64,000 nucleotides of DNA, from positions 9,006 through 73,005 of the forward strand of contig CAYUYJ010000013.1 of the NCBI GenBank assembly GCA_964449325.1. Reading direction: 5' to 3'. Shown here one piece after another: positions 20,831 to 29,723 of the stretch; the first letter of the stretch is position 1, and every line of letters starts with the position of its first letter. Below the pieces are notes generated by a model, which made no database searches, had not been told where the DNA came from, and saw only the letters and a list, made by a program, of their open reading frames with translations. Origin of the DNA: an uncultured Lachnospiraceae bacterium. GTDB lineage: Bacteria > Bacillota > Clostridia > Lachnospirales > Lachnospiraceae. Position numbers and translations under genes: made by a program.

Positions 20831-23056
20831 TTATCTGTTTTCATTCACATAAATCTTTACACGACTTTGAATAATATCAGCTACATCCTTGGCAGTCTTT
20901 TGTCCTTCAAAATAAGCAGCCGCTTCTTCTGTAATAATATTACCGATTTCTTCATTGTAGCCGGCAACTCCATCCACGCTGTCAATCAATGCTTTTACAG
21001 CATCTACCTCTTCCTGTGTCGCAGCGTAAATCTCTACTTCAAAATCATCATAGTTCCAAGTGGTTTTTGGCTGTTCAATCTTTTGCCCGTTTTCATCCTC
21101 GGTATACTCCGGTGTCATGTCTTTTTCAAACTTAGCATCCAATGCGGATTTCAGTACCGGGAAATACCATTCTATGTCTTCTTTTTGGTATTCCTCCGTT
21201 AAGAAGCTTTTCAAGAATTCCCATGCCCCTTCTTTATTTTCTGCTTTGGCATTGATTCCCAAAGCACCTGTTACATTGATATAAGAACCGGTTCCTCCGT
21301 TAGACGGAAATCCGATAAAGGTAACAGGTTCTCCGAATATCTTCGCATACATCTGATAAGACTGCATATCGGAAATGGCAATTTCCTGCAGTAAAAGTTT
21401 ACCGCCTTGAATTTTGGAAGGAACGCTTTCATCATCCTCATTATACTCTACTTCCTTCGGAAACTGATTGGCAAACTCCAATATTTTTTCAAAATAACCG
21501 TCATCAAACGAACATTCACCCGTTTCCCAGTTAATAAAGCTATCCAGCGACATATGGCACATATAGTACAAAATAGTTTCTTTGGAACAATAATTAAACA
21601 ATTCTGTTCCTTCCGGCTTTGAATTCATAAGCGCCATCACGTCATCTATCGTCCAGCCTTGTTTTTCACCTACGTCCGAGGTTTTTCCCATAACGGTAAG
21701 AATTGTAAAGGACGGAACAAGTCCATAAAGTTTACCGCCGACTTCATAGGCGCTAAACACATTTTCCACATAATCCTCGCGCTTTAAGTCCCTTTCCACA
21801 TAAGGGGTCAAATCTTCCAAAATACCTTTTGCAATATACATATCCGTACTGCCAAAAGATAAATCAATGATATCCGGTCCATTTCCCGAGACCACCTCAT
21901 TATTCATCTGTGTCATTCCGACTTCCCAATCATCCTCAGAATATTCTTTTACTTCTATTCGATATTTTTCATTCGTTTTATTAAAATTAATCACATTTTT
22001 CTTTACGTTGGAATCCAGATACAACGCGCCTAATGTAATTGTCTCTTTCTGCGTAATCTCTGATGCCGCTTTCTTTGTCAGATAAATAAATTCTGTCTTC
22101 GCTTCTTCTTCATCCCAGTTTTGAGAAATCGCCAGAATTCTTCCATCCTCCAGCATTGCAATAGTACGGACATCATCTCCGTTAATATCACAATTCACCC
22201 AGTTCAGAAGTTCTTCATTAGATTCTGTTTCCATATTGTAAGAAAATACACCGTTTCCGTTGCTTCCAATAATCGTATTTTCCTCTCCTGCCGTAAATCC
22301 GTTATAAACATCCGGGAGATTCTGATAGGTTTTCCCTAATTTTTTTGTTTCTGCATCAATTTCCGCAAGTACCGTGTTTCCTTCATTTCCCCAATAAGTA
22401 ACGGCAACCTTTCCGTTTGGCAATGTAAACATGGAATTCAGCCAACTCTCTGTTGTCAACCGGCCAGTCTGTTTTCCATCCTTATCCAGAATCCGGACTT
22501 CATTATCCCCTATTGCCAAATAAATATTTCCGTCACTGTCTGCAGCCAGATACTGAATATAAAAGGATTCCATCTCTTTTCCCATTTCTGTGATATCCTG
22601 ACTTTGCAGTTCTGAACCATCCTGCGCATAACGCTTCAGAAAATAGTTTTCTGTAATTTCTTCTTCCCCTTCACTTGTATTTAAAACCGTCAGAAAATTT
22701 CCTTCTTCATCAATATATAAACAATTTATATAGCTGTTTTGTTCTACCTCAATCGGAAGCACCGTCGCCTGTGTCTCTCCGATTTTTAAACTTTTTACTT
22801 CCTGTTTAAACGTATCGGTTTCTTCATTATAATTACCCTCCACATAATAAACCGTACCGTTTTTTATTATCATGGTACCTATATCACCGACATCTACACT
22901 TTGATATTCTGCCGTATAAACAAAATCTTTTCCCTTTTCTTCTTTTCCTGTCTTTGATGTGCCGTCTTCTTTTCCCCCACAGCCTGCAAGGGAACCGATA
23001 CATCCCACAGACAATAAAAGACAAAGCAGTTTTTTGCAAATACTTTTCTTTTTCAT
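20831..23056 (-). CDS. giant extracellular solute-binding lipoprotein (paralog 1)
   Basis: 741-aa ORF with lipobox LAGC. The N-terminal ~330 aa is beta-rich and repeat-like, and the C-terminal domain is SBP-like. It is the first gene of the operon. Confidence 0.8.
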   Translation of the reverse strand: MKKKSICKKLLCLLLSVGCIGSLAGCGGKEDGTSKTGKEEKGKDFVYTAEYQSVDVGDIGTMIIKNGTVYYVEGNYNEETDTFKQEVKSLKIGETQATVLPIEVEQNSYINCLYIDEEGNFLTVLNTSEGEEEITENYFLKRYAQDGSELQSQDITEMGKEMESFYIQYLAADSDGNIYLAIGDNEVRILDKDGKQTGRLTTESWLNSMFTLPNGKVAVTYWGNEGNTVLAEIDAETKKLGKTYQNLPDVYNGFTAGEENTIIGSNGNGVFSYNMETESNEELLNWVNCDINGDDVRTIAMLEDGRILAISQNWDEEEAKTEFIYLTKKAASEITQKETITLGALYLDSNVKKNVINFNKTNEKYRIEVKEYSEDDWEVGMTQMNNEVVSGNGPDIIDLSFGSTDMYIAKGILEDLTPYVERDLKREDYVENVFSAYEVGGKLYGLVPSFTILTVMGKTSDVGEKQGWTIDDVMALMNSKPEGTELFNYCSKETILYYMCHMSLDSFINWETGECSFDDGYFEKILEFANQFPKEVEYNEDDESVPSKIQGGKLLLQEIAISDMQSYQMYAKIFGEPVTFIGFPSNGGTGSYINVTGALGINAKAENKEGAWEFLKSFLTEEYQKEDIEWYFPVLKSALDAKFEKDMTPEYTEDENGQKIEQPKTTWNYDDFEVEIYAATQEEVDAVKALIDSVDGVAGYNEEIGNIITEEAAAYFEGQKTAKDVADIIQSRVKIYVNENR

Positions 23057-23181
23057 AATTTCCTCCCTTTTGCTTTCAATATACTCATGTTTTCATTGTA
23101 TACCATATTCACAAAAGTTTCATCTTAAGAATTTATGAAGTCCTTATTGCAAGTGTGGTCCGGCTTTGCCGACTGCCATAA

Positions 23182-23208
23182 CAAAAAAGAGACGTATTTC
23201 TACGTCTC
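23182..23208 (-). terminator. intrinsic terminator of the HD-GYP gene
   Basis: The minus strand reads GAGACGTA-GAAA-TACGTCTC followed by TTTTTTG. The stem overlaps the stop codon. Confidence 0.7.
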
Positions 23209-23959
23209 ATCCTGCACATCTTATTTCTTCTTTTCTTCCCAAAAATGCATCCACAAGAACCGGATCAAAATGGGTTCCCGAAGAATCACGGATTATCTGA
23301 AATGCCTTCTCATAAGAATAAGCTTCTTTATAGCATCTCTCAGAGGTCAGTGCATCAAATACATCCGCAACTGCCATAATTCTGGCACATAACGGAATCT
23401 CCTCACCGGAAATTCCATTCGGATAACCGCTTCCGTCCCACTTTTCATGATGGCACAATGCCATATCGTAGGCCAAATGCAGATAATCCTCCTCGCTCAC
23501 TTCGCATAGCACTGATTCCAGCATTTCTCTTCCGACACGAGGATGCTCTTTGATTTTTTCAAACTCTTCCTCCGTCAGCTTTCCGGGCTTGTTCAATATA
23601 GTATCAGATACAGCAATTTTCCCTACATCATGGAGCGGTGCCGCATTGCTTATCTTCTCCACATACTCTTCATCAACGCCGTACATTCCCCGCTCTTTTA
23701 ATTCACTTGCCAAAATTCTCACATAAGTACTGGTTCTCTTTACATGTTTACCGGTACAATCGTCCCGTTTCTCAATCATATCGGCAAAACTTAAGATTAC
23801 CTTTTTCTGAATGTCATCCAATTGCTTATCCATTTCATCCAGTCTGTCCTTCATCCGCTTGGAGTATTGGCGTCTTTCATATACAAGCAATACATACAAC
23901 TCCACAACAATTGCAAGCAACAATACGATTGTAAGCGCTTTCAAAATTGTGTAAATCAT
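23207..23959 (-). CDS. membrane-anchored HD-GYP domain protein (putative c-di-GMP phosphodiesterase)
   Basis: 250-aa ORF with an N-terminal TM, then HDVGK and HHEKWDGSGYP motifs. Confidence 0.85.
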   Translation of the reverse strand: MIYTILKALTIVLLLAIVVELYVLLVYERRQYSKRMKDRLDEMDKQLDDIQKKVILSFADMIEKRDDCTGKHVKRTSTYVRILASELKERGMYGVDEEYVEKISNAAPLHDVGKIAVSDTILNKPGKLTEEEFEKIKEHPRVGREMLESVLCEVSEEDYLHLAYDMALCHHEKWDGSGYPNGISGEEIPLCARIMAVADVFDALTSERCYKEAYSYEKAFQIIRDSSGTHFDPVLVDAFLGRKEEIRCAG

Positions 23960-24145
23960 CCCTTATATATCCCCTTCTTTTTGAAGTAATTTGATTAAAA
24001 TGCATTCCCCTCATGCATTCATGTTACAAACTATATGATATATAAAGAATGAAGAAATAGCAAGACTTATTTTACAAAAATTTTACATTTTGAGCTTTTT
24101 TTAACACTTTTTTTATTTTTTCGACACCATACAGCAGCCGAACCC

Positions 24146-24673
24146 CTATTGTATAGTTTCTATAATTCCTCTCGCAATTGCATCGGCTGTCTCATAAAAC
24201 TTCGTATCAAAAAGATAATTGTCGGTATCGGAGTTAATAAATCCGACTTCAACCAGCACAGTGGGAATTGACGTTCTCCTCAAAACTACAAGATTCTGCC
24301 GTTCATTAACCCCCTGATTGATAAAGCCGACCTGTTCTAACTGCGCATTAATATTTTCTGCCATCCGTCCTGCCACGCTATATCGATTGTATACCAGGCT
24401 TTCCACGCCGGAATACTGATTCGGATAAGGACTGGAATTACGATGAATCGACACTGCATAATCTGCTCCCGACTCATTAATCATTCTCGCTTTTTCAATA
24501 GGAAGGTCGTACACATCCTCTGTCCTTGTATACAAAACATTTACTCCTGAGCTTTGTAAAATATCACCGATTGCCAATGTCAGTCGAAGATTGTCATCTT
24601 TTTCCATTCTTCCGTTATAGGTTGCACCCCAGTCGGCACCACCGTGTCCTGCATCTAAAATAACTGTTGCCAT
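24146..24673 (-). CDS. N-acetylmuramoyl-L-alanine amidase (Amidase_3 family)
   Basis: 175-aa ORF beginning MATVILDAGHGG, with SIHRNS and later motifs of the zinc amidase fold. Confidence 0.85.
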   Translation of the reverse strand: MATVILDAGHGGADWGATYNGRMEKDDNLRLTLAIGDILQSSGVNVLYTRTEDVYDLPIEKARMINESGADYAVSIHRNSSPYPNQYSGVESLVYNRYSVAGRMAENINAQLEQVGFINQGVNERQNLVVLRRTSIPTVLVEVGFINSDTDNYLFDTKFYETADAIARGIIETIQ

Positions 24674-24826
24674 TCTATACCTCTTGTTTTTTCCTTCTAT
24701 GACAATATATGCAAAACACGAATGGTTGCTATTTCTCTTTTATCACCCGATAGATTTATTCAACAATTTTATCCACTAATGCTTCTATATGAATCTTCAT
24801 GGTGTCCAGACATGGTATCGGACAAT
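24673..24826. repeat. left direct repeat (DR-L) of the accessory island
   Basis: This 154-nt copy matches 38384-38538, with 5 substitutions and a T6/T7 length difference by my manual alignment. It corresponds to the racemase 3' end plus the racemase-amidase spacer. Confidence 0.9.
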
Positions 24827-26868
24827 GCATCCTTAATGGCAGTACGGGCTTCTGCAAGCTTTGTGCCCTTAGCCTCATTGTAGTTGCTGGCTATCAATGC
24901 GTTACTGGCATTCATTTCAGGCACAGTGCTTCCGGATGCTGTCTCACCAGCCGAAGCTGCAGCTTCAACTGTTGTTGTGGACATTTGATAAAAGGTATAG
25001 TTTGGAACTTCCTTGGTGTAGCAGTGATAGGTACGCTTGTAGTCATCCTCACAATAGCGGAACTGCATGTTAACAATGTACTGGTTACCACCCATAGAAA
25101 CAAATAAGTCTTCAGTGGTAGGAGTTCCCGCCATTGCTTCATACTTCTCGGCGTCAAGTCCTCCCTGTTTTATCTGAGCAAACGGGCCTTCGATAACTTG
25201 CTGGAAAGTATAAGTCTTTTTGTCGCCAGTAGAGTATACAATCCAGTGGCAGCTCTCATTAGTTAACGGAACAGACTGCCCTCCTGCTCTGACATTGACG
25301 TCCATAGCATAAGCAACGGAAAGCATACCGTTGTCATTAAGACTTGGTCCAAGCATATCTGTAGCTAGGTCGAAAGTTTTTGTCTCGTTCTCCAGTGCTT
25401 CAAAGAACTCCGCTTTGCTTAGCGTAATCTCCTGAGTAAAGCTACCTGTAGAATTGTGGATACCGTTTCCTGTACGAGTCTTTCCACTACTCTTTATTTT
25501 ATCTACATTTGTGGTAAAGCTGTTCTGTCCTAAGTGATAGGTTTTGATTTCCAGAGTCGCTGTGTCTGCTCCAAGACTATTGAACCAACTTTCCCATAGA
25601 GCATAGTTCTCCTGTGCAATGCACAATTCTCCCACGTCATTGGAATAGTCCGGTTTTTCACTGGTGTAAACAATCTGGTCTTCACAGTAACCTGCACTGT
25701 TAGGAATAGCATATTGAGCATTGATGTGCCAGTCAAAGTATCCGGTAGGAATCCCTGCGACTCCGGCTCCCCCAATAGTAACAATAGTACAACCATTGAT
25801 ACCTTTTTCTGAGCCGCCGGCAGATAGAGTCTGCCATGCTGTCTGTGCCCAGAGAGAACGTGTTCCGGAACTAGGCAAGAATTTGATTGTGCCGGGTTTC
25901 CATGTGGTAGCGAAGAATCGCTTTACCCAACGATAAGGCCATGTATCGTAGTCGTTTGTTCCGCTGTCATAGCCACAGAGACTGGCGATTGCCTTGTCCG
26001 TAAGTGAAGTGACTGTTCCGCCATAAGCATTCAAATCTGTTGTCAGAAGTGCTTCGTAAGCGGTCTGTCCGCCAATACGTAGACACATGTCAGATGGTGC
26101 TGCGAAGTAATTGGCACCATCGCCAACAACGACACCGCAGACTTCAATGACGATTACGACCGGGTGCGTGGAAGCGCTGCCGGAAGTAAGCTCGCTCTGC
26201 CACAGCTGGTAGAGCCCTTGATTGATTCCGTCAAGGGAAGCAAGTTCGGACATGAGGGCGTCGATGACGCCAGCCTCCGGCACAATGTAGAGGGAACCGT
26301 CGTCACGAGCAGCAACGTTGACTCCATCCGGAGTATTCGTGTATATGCATTGCAAAACCTTTTCAGCAGTAGAACCGGCAGGCGCGGTGACGCAGGCATG
26401 TCCACGGTAATCTTCGGTAGCAAGGGAAGTTCCGTGTCCATAAACGAATGAGGCTCCCTGCGTAGCAACATAGTATTTGGCACCGTATTGCTGAACAGCT
26501 AAGGCTTTGGAATCTATGTCGTTAGCGTAGACAACGTCTTCATTTGTGAGCTGTGCAAGTCCCATACGGAATACCAAGGCGTTGCTGCCATCACTGTCGG
26601 CGGCAGTGAATCCTGCCTTGGAGTTGGATTTATTCTTACCTCGTACGGAAGTATCATTGGCACCAGCTGTGGATGTGGAAGCATCAGCGGGGAGTGAGTC
26701 GGTTTCTTCGAGGAACGTAATATCGTTATTCATCTCTTCATTTTCTTGTTCTGCCTGTTTTTTACTCTCTTCCCAAGCTGGCTCTTGTCCTAAAGCATAA
26801 GCGGTAATACATGCTAAAACAAATATACAAGATAGTCCTATTGCGATTATTTTCTTTATATTCTTCAA
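24769..26868 (-). CDS. secreted protein of unknown function
   Basis: 699-aa ORF with a signal-peptide-like N-terminus (MKNIKKIIAIGLSCIFVLACITAYALG) and an acidic linker. I recognise no motif. The last 18 codons lie inside DR-L. Confidence 0.7.
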   Translation of the reverse strand: MKNIKKIIAIGLSCIFVLACITAYALGQEPAWEESKKQAEQENEEMNNDITFLEETDSLPADASTSTAGANDTSVRGKNKSNSKAGFTAADSDGSNALVFRMGLAQLTNEDVVYANDIDSKALAVQQYGAKYYVATQGASFVYGHGTSLATEDYRGHACVTAPAGSTAEKVLQCIYTNTPDGVNVAARDDGSLYIVPEAGVIDALMSELASLDGINQGLYQLWQSELTSGSASTHPVVIVIEVCGVVVGDGANYFAAPSDMCLRIGGQTAYEALLTTDLNAYGGTVTSLTDKAIASLCGYDSGTNDYDTWPYRWVKRFFATTWKPGTIKFLPSSGTRSLWAQTAWQTLSAGGSEKGINGCTIVTIGGAGVAGIPTGYFDWHINAQYAIPNSAGYCEDQIVYTSEKPDYSNDVGELCIAQENYALWESWFNSLGADTATLEIKTYHLGQNSFTTNVDKIKSSGKTRTGNGIHNSTGSFTQEITLSKAEFFEALENETKTFDLATDMLGPSLNDNGMLSVAYAMDVNVRAGGQSVPLTNESCHWIVYSTGDKKTYTFQQVIEGPFAQIKQGGLDAEKYEAMAGTPTTEDLFVSMGGNQYIVNMQFRYCEDDYKRTYHCYTKEVPNYTFYQMSTTTVEAAASAGETASGSTVPEMNASNALIASNYNEAKGTKLAEARTAIKDALSDTMSGHHEDSYRSISG

Positions 26869-26887
26869 TTTATTAGGCTCCTTTCGT

Positions 26888-26895
26888 TGAAAAAG
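26888..26895. repeat. IS66 target-site duplication, left copy (TGAAAAAG)
   Basis: The identical 8-mer abuts both IS ends. An 8-bp TSD is the IS66-family norm. Confidence 0.85.
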
Positions 26896-27037
26896 GTAAG
26901 CGCTTAAATTTTGCCCGGATAGAATAATCCTCAGAAATCTTTCATAATGGAGTTAGTGTTGTAGTCTTTTGCTACGACTCGAAACTCAAGTGTTCTGTAT
27001 GTTAGACACTTTTACTACGATTATGGAGGATTCTATT

Positions 27038-27457
27038 ATGGCAAGATTTCAAAGCCCTCGCCGTTCTGACGAAGAATGGTTCCAACTCATCAACGAATGC
27101 CGCAGAAGCGGCCTGTCAGATTCCTTATGGTGTAAGCAGCAGGCCATCCCTGTTTCTTCTTTTTTCTGTGCAGTGCGCAGATTACGGGAAAAGGCATATG
27201 CGCTCCCGGAGCGTGAACGTTCCATTGATATCGTTTCGAATCCGCTTCCTTGTCAGGATGTGGTACGAATTGATATAGAACCGAATCCTTTAACAGTAAA
27301 GGAACCGGAATCTTTGCAGGTAATTCCTGCAACGCACCTTGACAATTCACATACAGTTGAAATAGAAGTTCACGGGATGAACATTCGTATCTTTAATGGT
27401 GTTGACACAGGACTCCTTAAGACAGTCCTTTCTTCTTTGGGAGGTGCCGGATGCTAG
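27038..27457 (+). CDS. tnpA: IS66 accessory protein TnpA (orf1)
   Basis: 139-aa ORF from the ATG preceded by GGAGGA. It has the position and size of IS66 orf1, and its stop overlaps the tnpB start. Confidence 0.8.
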   Translation: MARFQSPRRSDEEWFQLINECRRSGLSDSLWCKQQAIPVSSFFCAVRRLREKAYALPERERSIDIVSNPLPCQDVVRIDIEPNPLTVKEPESLQVIPATHLDNSHTVEIEVHGMNIRIFNGVDTGLLKTVLSSLGGAGC

Positions 27458-27810
27458 GTGATATCTCAGGAGTAAGGGAAATCTACATTGTGACAGGGTA
27501 CACCGATATGAGAAAGTCTTTGGATGGATTATGTGCCATCATCGAAGAGCAGTTCTCTATGAGTGTGTCATCCAGTGCCCTTTATCTTTTTTGCGGGAAG
27601 AAATGTGACCGCATCAAGGCACTCCTTCGCGAGCCTGATGGAATGACTCTTTTGTATAAAAGGCTTTCCGTATCACAGGGAAGGTACCGTTGGCCCAGAA
27701 ACAAATCCGAGGTAAGAAACCTTACCTGGCAGGAGTTTGACTGGCTGATGTCCGGTCTTGATATCGATCAACCCAAGGCAATCAAAGTGGATTACAGTGC
27801 TGCTTCGTAG
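27451..27810 (+). CDS. tnpB: IS66 Orf2-like protein TnpB
   Basis: 119-aa ORF with characteristic IS66 Orf2 sequence (IYIVTGYTDMRKSLDGL..., LYLFCGKKCDRIK). Confidence 0.88.
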   Translation: MLGDISGVREIYIVTGYTDMRKSLDGLCAIIEEQFSMSVSSSALYLFCGKKCDRIKALLREPDGMTLLYKRLSVSQGRYRWPRNKSEVRNLTWQEFDWLMSGLDIDQPKAIKVDYSAAS

Positions 27811-27910
27811 TGTCGAAAAGTACGATGTTTTCGGCATTTTAGGCTATCAAAAATTACTCAAAAGTGGTATAATAAAGACAGTTAAAACCACCGTTTTGAG
27901 GAGAAAAAAA

Positions 27911-29551
27911 GTGGCCAGAAATTCTTTGGAATCCCGTCTCATGGAGCAGAGCGACATGATCATGCAACTGAATAAGACGATCCTTTCTCTGCAGCAGACC
28001 ATAGAGAGTTTCAATGCCAAAGAAGCTGCTATGCTGCAGGAGATACAAACCCTTAAGGAGCAGAATGACTATCTTACCAAGAAGCTCTTTGGGAAATCCA
28101 GCGAAAAGAATCCCTGGGATATGGAAGGTCAGCTCAATCTTTTCAATGAGGTCGAGCAGGAACAGAATACATCATTACTTGAAGAAGAACAGGAAGAAAC
28201 AAAAACCGTTACTTTCACGGTTAAAAAAGGCCGTTCTACCGACAAGGATCGTTATGCAGGTCTTCCTGTAGAAAAAAAGTATCTGGATGTTCCTGAAGAA
28301 GAACGCTTCTGTCCGGATTGTGAGTCACCGCTTTTAGAAATCGGCGAAACCTTCGTACGCAGGGAACTGAAGTTCAAACCTGCATCTTTTAAGGTGGTTG
28401 AGTATTACAGTAAGAACTACAAGTGCCCTAAATGTTCTCCGAACCTGAAAACACCTGTAATCGTACAGGGAAAGGATGGAAGGGCTCATATGCTCCACGG
28501 CATGGCCTCTGCTTCTACTGTTGCCTGGGTGATGTCCCAAAAGTATGTCAATGCGATGCCTCTTTACCGTATCGAAAGAGATTTTAAACAATACGGTGTA
28601 AATATCACCAGAGCAACACTTGCCAACTGGGTCATTCAGAATACAGACCGTTTTTTTTCACCCTTTTATAACTATCTGCATAAGCTGCTGCTAAAACGGG
28701 TCTTTATCATGGCAGATGAAACCGTTGTACAGGTGCTTCATGAAGAAGACCGCAGACCGGAAAGCAAGTCCTACATGTGGATTTTCCGAAGTGGCGAAGA
28801 TGGACAGGAGCCCATCATCCTCTATCAGTATTCTCCCACCAGAGCAGGAGAAACAGCCACGGATTTCCTGGATGATTTTTCAGGATATATCATGTGTGAC
28901 GGATACAGTGGTTACAATAAGCTAAAGAAAGCCAAACGAACCACCTGCTGGTCTCACGTCAGGAGATATCTTCTGGATGCCATCCCCAAAGGAAAAAAGA
29001 TGGACTACACACTGCCTGCTGTACAGGGGGCTATGTATGTAGACAAGCTTTTCCACTTGGAAAAGGAAATCAAAAAGAAGCACAAAAATGACTACGAATC
29101 CATAAAAGCAGCCCGCCTCGAGAAAGAAGTACCTGTTCTGGAGGGCTTTTGGTCGTGGTTTGAGAAACAGCATGCCGTAAAAGGATCCAGAATGGAGAAA
29201 GCCCTTACCTACATCCAAAACAGAAGGTCTGATATGATGACCTATCTGGAGGATGGGCGTTGCAGTTTCTGCAATAACCTAAGCGAAATCGAGGTAAAAC
29301 CCATTGCACTTGGAAGAAAGAATTATCTCTTCTCTGACACTACCGCAGGTGCGGATTCCAGTGCTGTCATTTATTCTCTGGTAGAAACTGCCAAAGCGAA
29401 TGGACTGAACATGTACCATTATCTCTGGTATCTGTTGGAAGAATTGCCCCAAACAGACTTATCAGAAGAAGCCTTTGAAAAGTATCTGCCCTGGAATCCG
29501 GAAGTAAAAACTGCCCTGGAAGAAAAAGCACAAAAACTTCTGGAAGATTAA
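27911..29551 (+). CDS. tnpC: IS66-family DDE transposase TnpC
   Basis: GTG start after GAGGAG. It has an N-terminal leucine-zipper-like helix, a CPDC..CPKC zinc-ribbon, and DDE-region strings MADETVVQV, CDGYSGY and CWSHVRR. Confidence 0.9.
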   Translation: MARNSLESRLMEQSDMIMQLNKTILSLQQTIESFNAKEAAMLQEIQTLKEQNDYLTKKLFGKSSEKNPWDMEGQLNLFNEVEQEQNTSLLEEEQEETKTVTFTVKKGRSTDKDRYAGLPVEKKYLDVPEEERFCPDCESPLLEIGETFVRRELKFKPASFKVVEYYSKNYKCPKCSPNLKTPVIVQGKDGRAHMLHGMASASTVAWVMSQKYVNAMPLYRIERDFKQYGVNITRATLANWVIQNTDRFFSPFYNYLHKLLLKRVFIMADETVVQVLHEEDRRPESKSYMWIFRSGEDGQEPIILYQYSPTRAGETATDFLDDFSGYIMCDGYSGYNKLKKAKRTTCWSHVRRYLLDAIPKGKKMDYTLPAVQGAMYVDKLFHLEKEIKKKHKNDYESIKAARLEKEVPVLEGFWSWFEKQHAVKGSRMEKALTYIQNRRSDMMTYLEDGRCSFCNNLSEIEVKPIALGRKNYLFSDTTAGADSSAVIYSLVETAKANGLNMYHYLWYLLEELPQTDLSEEAFEKYLPWNPEVKTALEEKAQKLLED

Positions 29552-29688
29552 TTTCAAATGTATGTGAATTGTCAAGGTGCCTTGGCCATAGAAATATGGC
29601 CGGGTATTTTTATTTTAAAGAACCGGAAGGTTCATCAAAATCAGAAAATAGTGCTAAGTAGACAAACGGCTAAATTTTAAGCGCTTAC

Positions 29689-29696
29689 TGAAAAAG
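29689..29696. repeat. IS66 target-site duplication, right copy (TGAAAAAG)
   Basis: Identical to 26888-26895. Confidence 0.85.
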
Positions 29697-29723
29697 AGCC
29701 CTCGTATTGAAGACTCTTTATTA

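Larger units (their letters stand above)
26896..29688 (+). mobile_element. IS66-family insertion sequence (complete, three ORFs)
   Basis: Terminal inverted repeats start with the IS66 signature GTAAGCGCTTAAA (13 bp perfect, imperfect to ~21 bp). The tnpA/tnpB/tnpC organisation is present, and the element is flanked by the 8-bp TSD. Confidence 0.92.

Noticed and set aside
26969-27037. Upstream extension of IS66 tnpA, and likewise 27758-27910 for tnpC, as given by the ORF track.
   Set aside because: Better starts with Shine-Dalgarno sequences exist at 27038 (ATG) and 27911 (GTG). The extensions overlap the IS terminal repeat region or the tnpB gene.
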